From positions 352,001 through 416,000 of the forward strand of contig OZ220089.1 in assembly GCA_964291625.2 (NCBI GenBank): a stretch of DNA of 64,000 bases, in the 5' to 3' direction. Positions 54,692-64,000 of the stretch are shown here, in pieces (within the stretch, counting starts at the first letter, position 1; every line of letters begins with the position of its first letter). The notes beneath the pieces were generated by a model. It was not told where the DNA came from, searched no databases, and saw only the letters and a list, made by a program, of their open reading frames with translations. A program made the position numbers and the translations under genes. The stretch comes from Candidatus Latescibacterota bacterium (GTDB lineage Bacteria; Latescibacterota; UBA2968; UBA8231).

Positions 54692-56021
54692 GCCGCCGCC
54701 CCGGGGCTCCTTCCCCGACGACCTCGCCCTCCACGGCGCCCTGAGCGCCAACGTCGTCGGCTTCTGCCGGCACCTGAGGGACCGCGGCCTCGGGCTGGGT
54801 CCGGCCGAGGCCGCCGACGCCCTCGCCGCCCTGGGACTCGTCGACGTGGGCCGCGAGAGCCGGTTCCGCCTCGCCCTGCGCACCTGCCTGGCCAAGAGCG
54901 TCAAGGAGCAGCAGCTCTTCGACGACTGCTTCGACCGCTACTGGCGGGTCTGGGACCGGGCCGGGGAGCTGAATCGGCCGGCGCCCGACCCCGAGGCCGG
55001 GAGCCCGGACCGGGACCGCGCGCAGCCGGTGCAGATGAGCCTGAGGGAGTGGCTGAACGCCGGCGAGGGCGGGGAGGCGGAGGAGCAGGAGGAGACGGCG
55101 GGCTACAGCGCCGGCGAGGTGGTCACCCACCGCGACTTCGCCGGCCTGCGGCCCGACGAGCTGGAGGAGATGGGCCGCGTCGTGGAGGAGCTGGCCCGGG
55201 CCCTGGCGCGGCGGCTCAGCCGCCGCTACCGGCAGCTCGGCGGCCGGGGGCGCCTCGACCTGCGCCGCACCCTGCGGGCCAACCTGCGCCGCGGCGGCGA
55301 GCTGGTCGACCTGGCCTTCCGCTCGCGGCGGCCGCAGAAGCTCAAGCTGGTGGTCCTGTGCGACGTGAGCCGCTCCATGGACCTCTACAGCCGCTTCCTG
55401 CTGCAGTTCCTCTACGCCTTCGCCGCCGCCTACCGGCGCCTGGAGGTCTTCGGCTTCAGCACCAGCCTGCGGCGCCTGACGCCGGCCCTGCGCGAGGGCG
55501 AGTGGGACCGCGTCCTGCGGGGGTTGTCCCGGGAGATGCCGGAGTGGTCGGGCGGCACCCGCATCGGCGCCTGCTTCGCGCGCTTCGCCGAGGACTGGTC
55601 CGAGAGCCTGGTGGACCGGCGCACGGCCGTCATCGTCCTCAGCGACGGCTGGGACACGGGCGAGGCCGAGCTGCTGTCGTCGTCCCTGTCCCGCATCCGC
55701 CGCCGCGCCTTCGCCGTGCTGTGGCTGAATCCGCTGATGGGGAGCCCGGGCTTCCGCCCCGAGACGGCGGGTCTGCTGGCGGCCCTGCCCCACCTGGACC
55801 TCCTCGCCCCGGCCCACAACGCCGCGGCCCTGCGGGACCTCGCCCGCGGCTTGGGCCGGCTGGAGCGCGGGGGGGCCAGGCGCGGGCCCTGGGCGGGCCG
55901 ATCCCCGGAGGAGGAGGCGGATCCCGATCCCCCGCCCCCGGTGCCGGACCCGGACGCCCCGAGCTCGGCGAGGAACCTGCGGGCCCTCGCCGAGGAGCGC
56001 GCTTCCCGAAAGAGGCTTTGA
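54675..56021 (+). CDS. coxE: VWA domain protein (CoxE-like)
   Basis: LDLRRTLR, LCDVSRSM (MIDAS), FGFSTSL, WSGGTRIG, LSDGWDTG, WLNPL and AHN. Confidence 0.9.
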   Translation: MPPAPEPPPRGSFPDDLALHGALSANVVGFCRHLRDRGLGLGPAEAADALAALGLVDVGRESRFRLALRTCLAKSVKEQQLFDDCFDRYWRVWDRAGELNRPAPDPEAGSPDRDRAQPVQMSLREWLNAGEGGEAEEQEETAGYSAGEVVTHRDFAGLRPDELEEMGRVVEELARALARRLSRRYRQLGGRGRLDLRRTLRANLRRGGELVDLAFRSRRPQKLKLVVLCDVSRSMDLYSRFLLQFLYAFAAAYRRLEVFGFSTSLRRLTPALREGEWDRVLRGLSREMPEWSGGTRIGACFARFAEDWSESLVDRRTAVIVLSDGWDTGEAELLSSSLSRIRRRAFAVLWLNPLMGSPGFRPETAGLLAALPHLDLLAPAHNAAALRDLARGLGRLERGGARRGPWAGRSPEEEADPDPPPPVPDPDAPSSARNLRALAEERASRKRL

Positions 56022-56075
56022 GACCGGCGCCGGGGCCGGAGAAGACGTGCCGCCCGAAGGTACCGAGGCAGCCAG

Positions 56076-56402
56076 GGCCCCGAATCGGGAACCCTGCGCG
56101 CTCCCGAGGAACGGCGGGCCACCCGAGAGCGACTGACACGGAGACAGGTCAGGCCCCGGATCGGGGGCCTGCGCGCTCCCGAGGAAAGAGCGTGCCGCCC
56201 GACGTAGGTCCTGCACCTCCCCGGCGTCAGGCCGCGAGCCGGGAGGACCCGCGCGCTCCCTTCGAAGAAGCGTGGCCGCCGAAGACCTGTCCGCCCCCGA
56301 CGAGAGAGCTTGCCGCCCGACGAAGATCCCGCACCTCCCCGGGGTCAGGCCGCGAGCCGGGAGGGCCCGCGCGCTCCCTTCGAAGAAGCGTGGCCGCCGA
56401 AG
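56076..56402. repeat. Degenerate intergenic direct-repeat cluster
   Basis: A ~98-bp unit at 56187-56284 and 56305-56402 (period 118). A ~35-bp unit at 56076-56111 and 56152-56186. The core GCGCGCTCCC occurs four times. Confidence 0.8.
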
Positions 56403-56427
56403 GCCCGGGCCTCCCCGGCGGCGGGCG

Positions 56428-57030
56428 TCAGTCCGCGCCAGCCGCCGCGCGGTACTGGGCCTCGGTGTCCACGTCGGCGAGCACTCCGGGGTCGTCGACG
56501 GCTACCTCGACCACCCGGCCCGCGTAACGGGCGAACAGGCCGCGGGCTCCGACATCCCCGGACAGACCGAGCAGTTCCTCACGGTAGGCCCGCCCGAAGA
56601 GGACGGGATGGCCGCGGCGGCCGGCGTGGACCGGCAGTGCGATCGCGGGGGGCTCGGCAGCCTCGAAGGCGCGGCACAGGAGCGACACGGTGGCGGCCGT
56701 GACGGCGGGCATGTCCCCCAGGGCGATCAGGTAGCCGTCGGCCCCGGCCGGGGCGGCGCGGACTCCCACCGCCAGAGAGATGGACATGCCGGCGGCGTAG
56801 TCGGGGTTCAGGACGGTCTCGACGCCGCGGTCCCCGAGGGCGGCGCCGACGGCGCGGGCGCGGTGGCCGAGGACGGCGACGATCCGCCCCAGGCCCGCGG
56901 CCTTCAGGGCATCGGCCACGGCCGCCACCATGGGGACTCCCTTCGGCCCCCAGGGCAGCAGCAGCTTGGTGTCGCCGGCTCCGCCGTACCGGGAAGAACG
57001 GCCGGCGGCCAGCAGCACCGCGGCGATCAC
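56428..57030 (-). CDS. mocA: Molybdenum cofactor cytidylyltransferase (MocA-like NTP transferase)
   Basis: GTG 57030 overlaps the xdhC stop. LLAAGRSSRYG...KLLL, NPDYAAGMS.SL, LGDMP, GHPVLF, GDVGAR and DVDT. Confidence 0.88.
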   Translation of the reverse strand: MIAAVLLAAGRSSRYGGAGDTKLLLPWGPKGVPMVAAVADALKAAGLGRIVAVLGHRARAVGAALGDRGVETVLNPDYAAGMSISLAVGVRAAPAGADGYLIALGDMPAVTAATVSLLCRAFEAAEPPAIALPVHAGRRGHPVLFGRAYREELLGLSGDVGARGLFARYAGRVVEVAVDDPGVLADVDTEAQYRAAAGAD

Positions 57031-58067
57031 GGGGCGCCGCGGCGGACGGCCACCACCTCGGCGAGGATGCTCAGGGCGATCTCCTCGGGGCTCTCGGCGC
57101 CGATGTCGAGCCCGACGGGTCCGTGGATGCGGCCGATCTCCCCCTCGTCGAAGCCGGCCTCGCGCAGCCGCTCGACCCGCCTGGCGTGGGAGCGGCGGCT
57201 GCCGAGGGCGCCGATGTACGCCGCCGGAGACCGCAGCAGGTGGTGGAGGGCCTCGTCGTCGATCTTGGGGTCGTGGGTCAGCAGCACGGCGAAAGTGCTC
57301 TCGTCGACGGACCAGTCCTCGAAGAAGGGGGCCGGCCAGATGTGCTCCAGCCTCGCCGGCGCCTCGGGGAAGCGCTCGGGGCGGGCGAAGACCTCCCGCG
57401 GATCGATGACGACGGTCTCCAGGTCGAGGACCTTCGCCAGGCGCACCAGGGGGATGCAGATGTGGCTGGCGCCGACGACGAGCAGGCGGTCCTGCCGCGG
57501 GAAGACCTGCACGAAGACCGCCTCCGAACCGATCTCGACGACGGCGCTCTGCCGTTCCGAGAAGGCCGACGCCGACGCCTCGAGGGCCGCCGCCGAGGCC
57601 GCCCCCCAGTCGCCGGCGGCGACCTCCCCGGCCTCTGGATCGACCAGCAGGTGGGACTCCCCCGCGGCCAGCCGCGTCAGCAGCACCGCCGGCCGGTTGG
57701 CCTCCAGGCGGGCGCGCAGGGCCTCCCACACGCCGGCACCGCCGCCCCCCGCCTGCCCGGGGTGCGGCTCCACGAAGACCGAGACCTGCCCCCCGCAGGT
57801 GAGGCCCACGGACCAGGCGGTCTCGTCGCTGACCCCGTAGTGCAGGCGGCGGGGCCTGCCGTCCTCCAGGACCTGCCGGGCCTCGGTGATCACGTCGCCC
57901 TCGATGCAGCCGCCGCTCACCGAGCCGGCCACCTCCATCCGGCGGCCGACGATCATGGCGGCGCCCACCGGCCGCGGAGAGGATCCCCAGGTCTCGATGA
58001 CGCGGGCCAGGGCAAAGGGGCGGCCCCGCCCCTCCCAGGACCGGATGTCGTTCCAGATTTCTCTCAT
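57027..58067 (-). CDS. xdhC: XdhC/CoxI family Mo-enzyme maturation factor
   Basis: ATG 58067. TWGSSPRPVGA, GSVSGGCIE, GLTCGG, LTHDPKID, YIGALGSR, GPVGLDIGA and PEEIALSILAE. Confidence 0.92.
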   Translation of the reverse strand: MREIWNDIRSWEGRGRPFALARVIETWGSSPRPVGAAMIVGRRMEVAGSVSGGCIEGDVITEARQVLEDGRPRRLHYGVSDETAWSVGLTCGGQVSVFVEPHPGQAGGGGAGVWEALRARLEANRPAVLLTRLAAGESHLLVDPEAGEVAAGDWGAASAAALEASASAFSERQSAVVEIGSEAVFVQVFPRQDRLLVVGASHICIPLVRLAKVLDLETVVIDPREVFARPERFPEAPARLEHIWPAPFFEDWSVDESTFAVLLTHDPKIDDEALHHLLRSPAAYIGALGSRRSHARRVERLREAGFDEGEIGRIHGPVGLDIGAESPEEIALSILAEVVAVRRGAP

Positions 58068-58086
58068 GTCGTTCCCGCGAAGCTGA

Positions 58087-58115
58087 TTGACGGAGGTCCA
58101 AAGCCAATATATAGT
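58087..58115 (+). promoter_or_regulatory. Sigma70-type promoter for coxG-S-L-M
   Basis: TTGACG-N17-TATAGT in the divergent intergenic region. Confidence 0.7.
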
Positions 58116-58151
58116 GCGCCCTCCGATCACCGACACCGGGCCGAGCCGACC

Positions 58152-58583
58152 TTGCACCTCGAAGGAACCCACAAGTTCTCCGCCCCGCCGGAGCGGATCT
58201 GGACCCTCCTCAACGACCCCGACGTGCTCGCCCGCACGACTCCCGGGCTCAGCTCGCTGGAGCCCGACGGCGACGACGTGTACAAGGCGCGGTTCCGGAT
58301 CAAGCTCGGTCCCGTCAACGGCGGGTTCGACGGATCCCTCGCCGTCCTCGACAAGGATCCGCCCCGGGGCTACCGCCTCGAGATCGACGTCGGCGGGCGC
58401 CTGGGGACGACCCGGGCGGAAGGCACCTTCGAGATCCGCGGCGAGGACGAAGGCTCGGTCGTGGCCTTCGCCGGAGATGCCCGCCTCAAGGGCGTGCTGG
58501 CCCGCATGGGCGGCCGCGTGCTGACCGGCGTCGCCCGGCAGTTCACCCGACAGTTCTTCGAAGCGCTGGAAAAGGAAGTGTGA
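58152..58583 (+). CDS. coxG: CoxG / SRPBCC family protein
   Basis: TTG start. [16 protein letters not shown]...PG, KLGPV and G.LARMGGRV......QFF. Confidence 0.88.
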   Translation: MHLEGTHKFSAPPERIWTLLNDPDVLARTTPGLSSLEPDGDDVYKARFRIKLGPVNGGFDGSLAVLDKDPPRGYRLEIDVGGRLGTTRAEGTFEIRGEDEGSVVAFAGDARLKGVLARMGGRVLTGVARQFTRQFFEALEKEV

Positions 58584-58635
58584 TGGCCCGTCGACGACGC
58601 GCCATCTCCTCTCCCCCTCCAAGGAGGTAGCGATC

Positions 58636-59100
58636 ATGACGGTTGCGATCCGGGTCACCGTGAACGGGGTGGCCCACGAGCACGAAGTCGAGCCGCGGCT
58701 CCTGCTCGTCGACTACCTGCGCGAGGTGCTGCGCCTGACCGGCACCCACGTGGGCTGCGACACGAGCAACTGCGGCGCCTGCACGGTGGTCCTCGGCGGG
58801 CGCGCCGTGAAGTCATGCACCCTGCTGGCGGTGCAGGCCGACGGCGGCGAGGTCACCACCGTCGAAGGCCTGGCCGCCAACGGCGAGCTGCACCCGATCC
58901 AGGCCGGATTCAACGAGATGCACGGCCTGCAGTGCGGGTTCTGCACGCCGGGCATGATCATGACCGCCTGGCAGATCCTCGAGCGCAACCCGGACCCGAC
59001 GGACGACGAGATCCGCCACGGCCTCGAGGGCAACTACTGCCGCTGCACCGGCTACGACAACATCGTCAAGTCGATCCGCCACGCCGCGGACAACCTGTGA
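58636..59100 (+). CDS. coxS: Mo-hydroxylase small [2Fe-2S] subunit
   Basis: [24 protein letters not shown] and [16 protein letters not shown] upstream. Confidence 0.95.
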   Translation: MTVAIRVTVNGVAHEHEVEPRLLLVDYLREVLRLTGTHVGCDTSNCGACTVVLGGRAVKSCTLLAVQADGGEVTTVEGLAANGELHPIQAGFNEMHGLQCGFCTPGMIMTAWQILERNPDPTDDEIRHGLEGNYCRCTGYDNIVKSIRHAADNL

Positions 59101-59111
59101 CGGAGGAAACC

Positions 59112-61490
<2,379 letters not shown>

Positions 61491-61503
61491 GGAGGAGGGA
61501 GAG

Positions 61504-62364
61504 ATGATTCCTTCGAGCTTCGAGTACCATCGTCCCGCCTCCCTGGACGAGGCGGTGAGCCTGCTGCAGGAGCACGGGGAGGACGCCAGCCTGCTGGCCG
61601 GCGGCCACAGCCTGCTGCCGGCGATGAAGCTGCGCCTGTCGGCGCCGGAACACGTGGTCGACATCGGCCGCATCGACGAGCTGCGCGAGATCCGCTCCGA
61701 GGGGGGCGGCGTCGTCATCGGCGCCGGCGCCACCCACCACGACGTGGAGTCCTCCAGCGCCGTCGCCGCCGGCGCCCCGCTGCTGGCCCAGGCGGCCGCC
61801 GTCATCGGCGACGTGCAGGTGCGCAACGCCGGCACCATCGGCGGCAGCCTGGCCCACGCCGACCCCGCCGCCGACTACCCGGCGGCGGTGCTCGCCTCCG
61901 AGGGCTCGGTGGAGGTCGTCGGTCCCGACGGGGCCCGCTCCATCGCCGCCGCCGACTTCTTCGTCGAGCTCTTCGCCACCGCCCTGCAGCCGGGCGAGAT
62001 CGTCACCGCCGTGCGGGTGCCCGCCCCGGGCGCCGGCACGGGCGTCTCGTACCTGAAGTTCCCGCACCCGGCGTCGCGCTTCGCCGTCTGCGGCTGCGCC
62101 GCCGCGGTCACCGTCAGCGGCGGCGCCTGCGGCAGCGCCCGCGTCGCCTTCAACGGCATCGCCAGCGCCGCCTTCCGCGACGCCGGCGTCGAGGCCGCCC
62201 TCGCCGGAGCCTCCCTCGACGAGGAGTCGGTCAAGGCCGCCGTGGCCGGGGCCGCCGAGGGCCAGGAGCTGCTGGCCGACAGCTTCGCCGGCGAGGACTA
62301 CCGCCGGCAGCTGGCCCGGGTCTACGCCCGCCGGGCGGTGCTGGCGGCGGCCGCCGCGGCCTGA
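61504..62364 (+). CDS. coxM: Mo-hydroxylase FAD-binding medium subunit
   Basis: FEYHRP.SLDEA, LAGGHSL.P.MKLR and IGDVQVRN.GTIGGSLAHADPAAD. Confidence 0.95.
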   Translation: MIPSSFEYHRPASLDEAVSLLQEHGEDASLLAGGHSLLPAMKLRLSAPEHVVDIGRIDELREIRSEGGGVVIGAGATHHDVESSSAVAAGAPLLAQAAAVIGDVQVRNAGTIGGSLAHADPAADYPAAVLASEGSVEVVGPDGARSIAAADFFVELFATALQPGEIVTAVRVPAPGAGTGVSYLKFPHPASRFAVCGCAAAVTVSGGACGSARVAFNGIASAAFRDAGVEAALAGASLDEESVKAAVAGAAEGQELLADSFAGEDYRRQLARVYARRAVLAAAAAA

Positions 62365-62400
62365 GAAGTCACCGGCTCGGCGCACGCCGGGCCCTTCACG

Positions 62401-62433
62401 GAGGGGCGGGCCACGGTCCGCCCCTCTTTTCTT
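62401..62433 (+). terminator. Rho-independent terminator after coxM
   Basis: GAGGGGCGG...CCGCCCCTC stem followed by TTTTCTT. Confidence 0.8.
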
Positions 62434-62455
62434 GTCCGCCTCAGGGGGCCCTCCC

Positions 62456-63430
62456 ATGGAACCCGCCATCCGGATGACGGGCGTCACCAAGAGCTTCGGG
62501 CGGACCACCGCCGTGGAAGACCTGGATCTGGAGGTGCCCCGGGGCGGGCTGCACGGGTTCATCGGGCCCAACGGCGCCGGCAAGACGACCTCGATCCGGA
62601 TGATCCTGTCCATCCTCTTCCCGGACTCTGGGGCCGTCTCGGTGCTGGGACATCCCTCCGCCCTGGACGCCAAGGACCGCATCGGCTACCTGCCCGAGGA
62701 GCGGGGCCTGTACCGAAAGATGAGGGTCCGCTCCTTCCTCAAGTACATGGCCCGCCTCAAGGGCGACGAGGGCCCCGATCTCGACCGCCGCATCGCCGAG
62801 TGGCTGGAGCGCGTCGGTCTTCCCGGGGACGGGACCGGGCGCTGCGAGGAGCTGTCGAAGGGGATGTCTCAGAAGGTGCAGTTCGTGGCCGCCGTCATCC
62901 ACCGGCCCGACCTGCTGGTCCTGGACGAGCCCTTCAGCGGCCTCGACCCGGTGAGCACCCGCAGGCTCCGCGACGTCATCCTCGAGGAGCGCGGCCGGGG
63001 CGCCACGGTCCTGCTCTCCACGCACGTCATGCCCCGGGCCGAGGAGATCTGCGAGCACGTCGTCATGGTCCACAAGGGCCGCAAGGTGCTCGACGACTCC
63101 CTCGCCGCCATCCGCCGCCGCCACGACCCGCGGTCGATCCGCTTCGAGCCCCTCGATCCGGAGGCCGACACCACGCCCCTGGCTTCGCTGCCCGGCGTGG
63201 AGAGCCTGCGGGGCGAGGACCGGGGCCTGGAGATCCGCCTCCGCCAGGGCACCGATCCCTCCGCGGCGATGCCGCTCATCCTGCAGACGGTCCCGGCGGC
63301 GCGCATCGAGCTGGCCCGGCCCCGTCTCGAGGACGTCTTCCTCGAGCAGGCTTCGGAGGCCCGCTCCCCGGAGGAGGAACGGCAGCTGCGGGCGGAGCTC
63401 GGCGACGCCGCTCCGGAGGGTACCGAATGA
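62456..63430 (+). CDS. ABC-2 type transporter ATP-binding protein
   Basis: GPNGAGKTT, GYLPEERGLY, LSKGMSQK, LDEPFSGLDP and STH. Confidence 0.93.
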   Translation: MEPAIRMTGVTKSFGRTTAVEDLDLEVPRGGLHGFIGPNGAGKTTSIRMILSILFPDSGAVSVLGHPSALDAKDRIGYLPEERGLYRKMRVRSFLKYMARLKGDEGPDLDRRIAEWLERVGLPGDGTGRCEELSKGMSQKVQFVAAVIHRPDLLVLDEPFSGLDPVSTRRLRDVILEERGRGATVLLSTHVMPRAEEICEHVVMVHKGRKVLDDSLAAIRRRHDPRSIRFEPLDPEADTTPLASLPGVESLRGEDRGLEIRLRQGTDPSAAMPLILQTVPAARIELARPRLEDVFLEQASEARSPEEERQLRAELGDAAPEGTE

Positions 63431-64000
63431 GACGCGTCCTCAGGATCGCCCTCCGGGACTTCCTCGCCGTCGTGGCCAGGAAGGGCTTCATCTTCGGGGT
63501 GCTGCTCACCCCGGCCATGATCGCGGCCATGGTCGTCCTGGGACCCCGGTACATGCACATGATCGCCCACGCGGACTTCCGCATCGAGGGGGAGTACGCC
63601 GTCCTGGACCCGACGGGGCGGGTCCTAGCCGAGATGGAGCGGGTCCTGGATGCGGGGGGAATCGCCGAAGGCGAGCTGCGGGAGCTGCGCCGGAACCTTG
63701 AGCAGGCGCCGGAGGCGGCCCGGGCCCTCGCCGAGGCCGCCATCGAGCAGGCGCGGAGGGAGTCCCACTGGCCCGCCGGCGAGATCCGGCTGATCCCGCT
63801 GGCCGCGGGCACGGAGATGGAAGCGGCGAAAGTCTCTCTGAGCGCCGAGGACGGCGAGGCCGGGCCCCGGGCCCTGATCGTGGTCCACGAGGACGCCGTG
63901 GAGGCGGCCGGTCCCGAGGCCGGGTTCGGGACCTACGACCTCTACGTGCCCGCCGGCCTCGACCAGCGGGAGCTGGACTTCCTGCACCGCATCGCCCGGG
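63427..64000 (+). CDS. ABC-2 type transporter permease (NatB/YhaP-like, partial; runs off the window)
   Basis: ATGA overlap at 63427. Hand translation MRRVLRIALRDFLAVVARKGFIFGVLLTPAMIAAMVVLG... followed by a soluble loop; no stop seen before the window end. Confidence 0.8.
   Translation, partial: MRRVLRIALRDFLAVVARKGFIFGVLLTPAMIAAMVVLGPRYMHMIAHADFRIEGEYAVLDPTGRVLAEMERVLDAGGIAEGELRELRRNLEQAPEAARALAEAAIEQARRESHWPAGEIRLIPLAAGTEMEAAKVSLSAEDGEAGPRALIVVHEDAVEAAGPEAGFGTYDLYVPAGLDQRELDFLHRIAR

Noticed and set aside
56076-56402. Repeat cluster as a CRISPR array
   Set aside because: Unit lengths are irregular, the intervening sequences are related to each other, and there are no cas genes.

Overview
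High-GC bacterial window, about 42 protein genes, with no rRNA, tRNA, CRISPR array or transposase seen. The content (FlgD-Ig/T9SS-like C-terminal domains, DUF4838, DUF6785-type membrane proteins, FGE-sulfatase and SGNH-TPR proteins) suggests an FCB-group lineage such as Ca. Latescibacterota; this is inference. Four blocks. (1) 1-20.8 kb, a tightly coupled minus-strand operon: two secreted FlgD-Ig proteins, three divergent paralogues of an unrecognised ~900-aa exported protein with Asp/Asn-rich Ca-binding-like motifs, a 1083-aa membrane-anchored TPR protein, a DUF4159 protein with a TonB-like SxxxH anchor, a lipoprotein with a TonB-C/AgmX-like domain, an FGE-sulfatase-fold protein and an SGNH-TPR protein. 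This is the best candidate for an undescribed trans-envelope system. An inverted near-identical copy of one paralogue (21.6-24.4 kb) differs mainly in five short hypervariable patches. (2) 24.4-41.6 kb, a putative glycan-utilisation region with a duplicated DUF6785-type transporter plus DUF4838 module. (3) 42-53.6 kb, metabolic genes including queC, a FolC::ATP-grasp fusion and a moaA frameshifted in a G-run. (4) 53.7-64 kb, a form-II-like cox (Mo-hydroxylase) cluster with maturation genes, then an ABC-2 exporter. Domain names come from motifs recognised by eye, not from searches.
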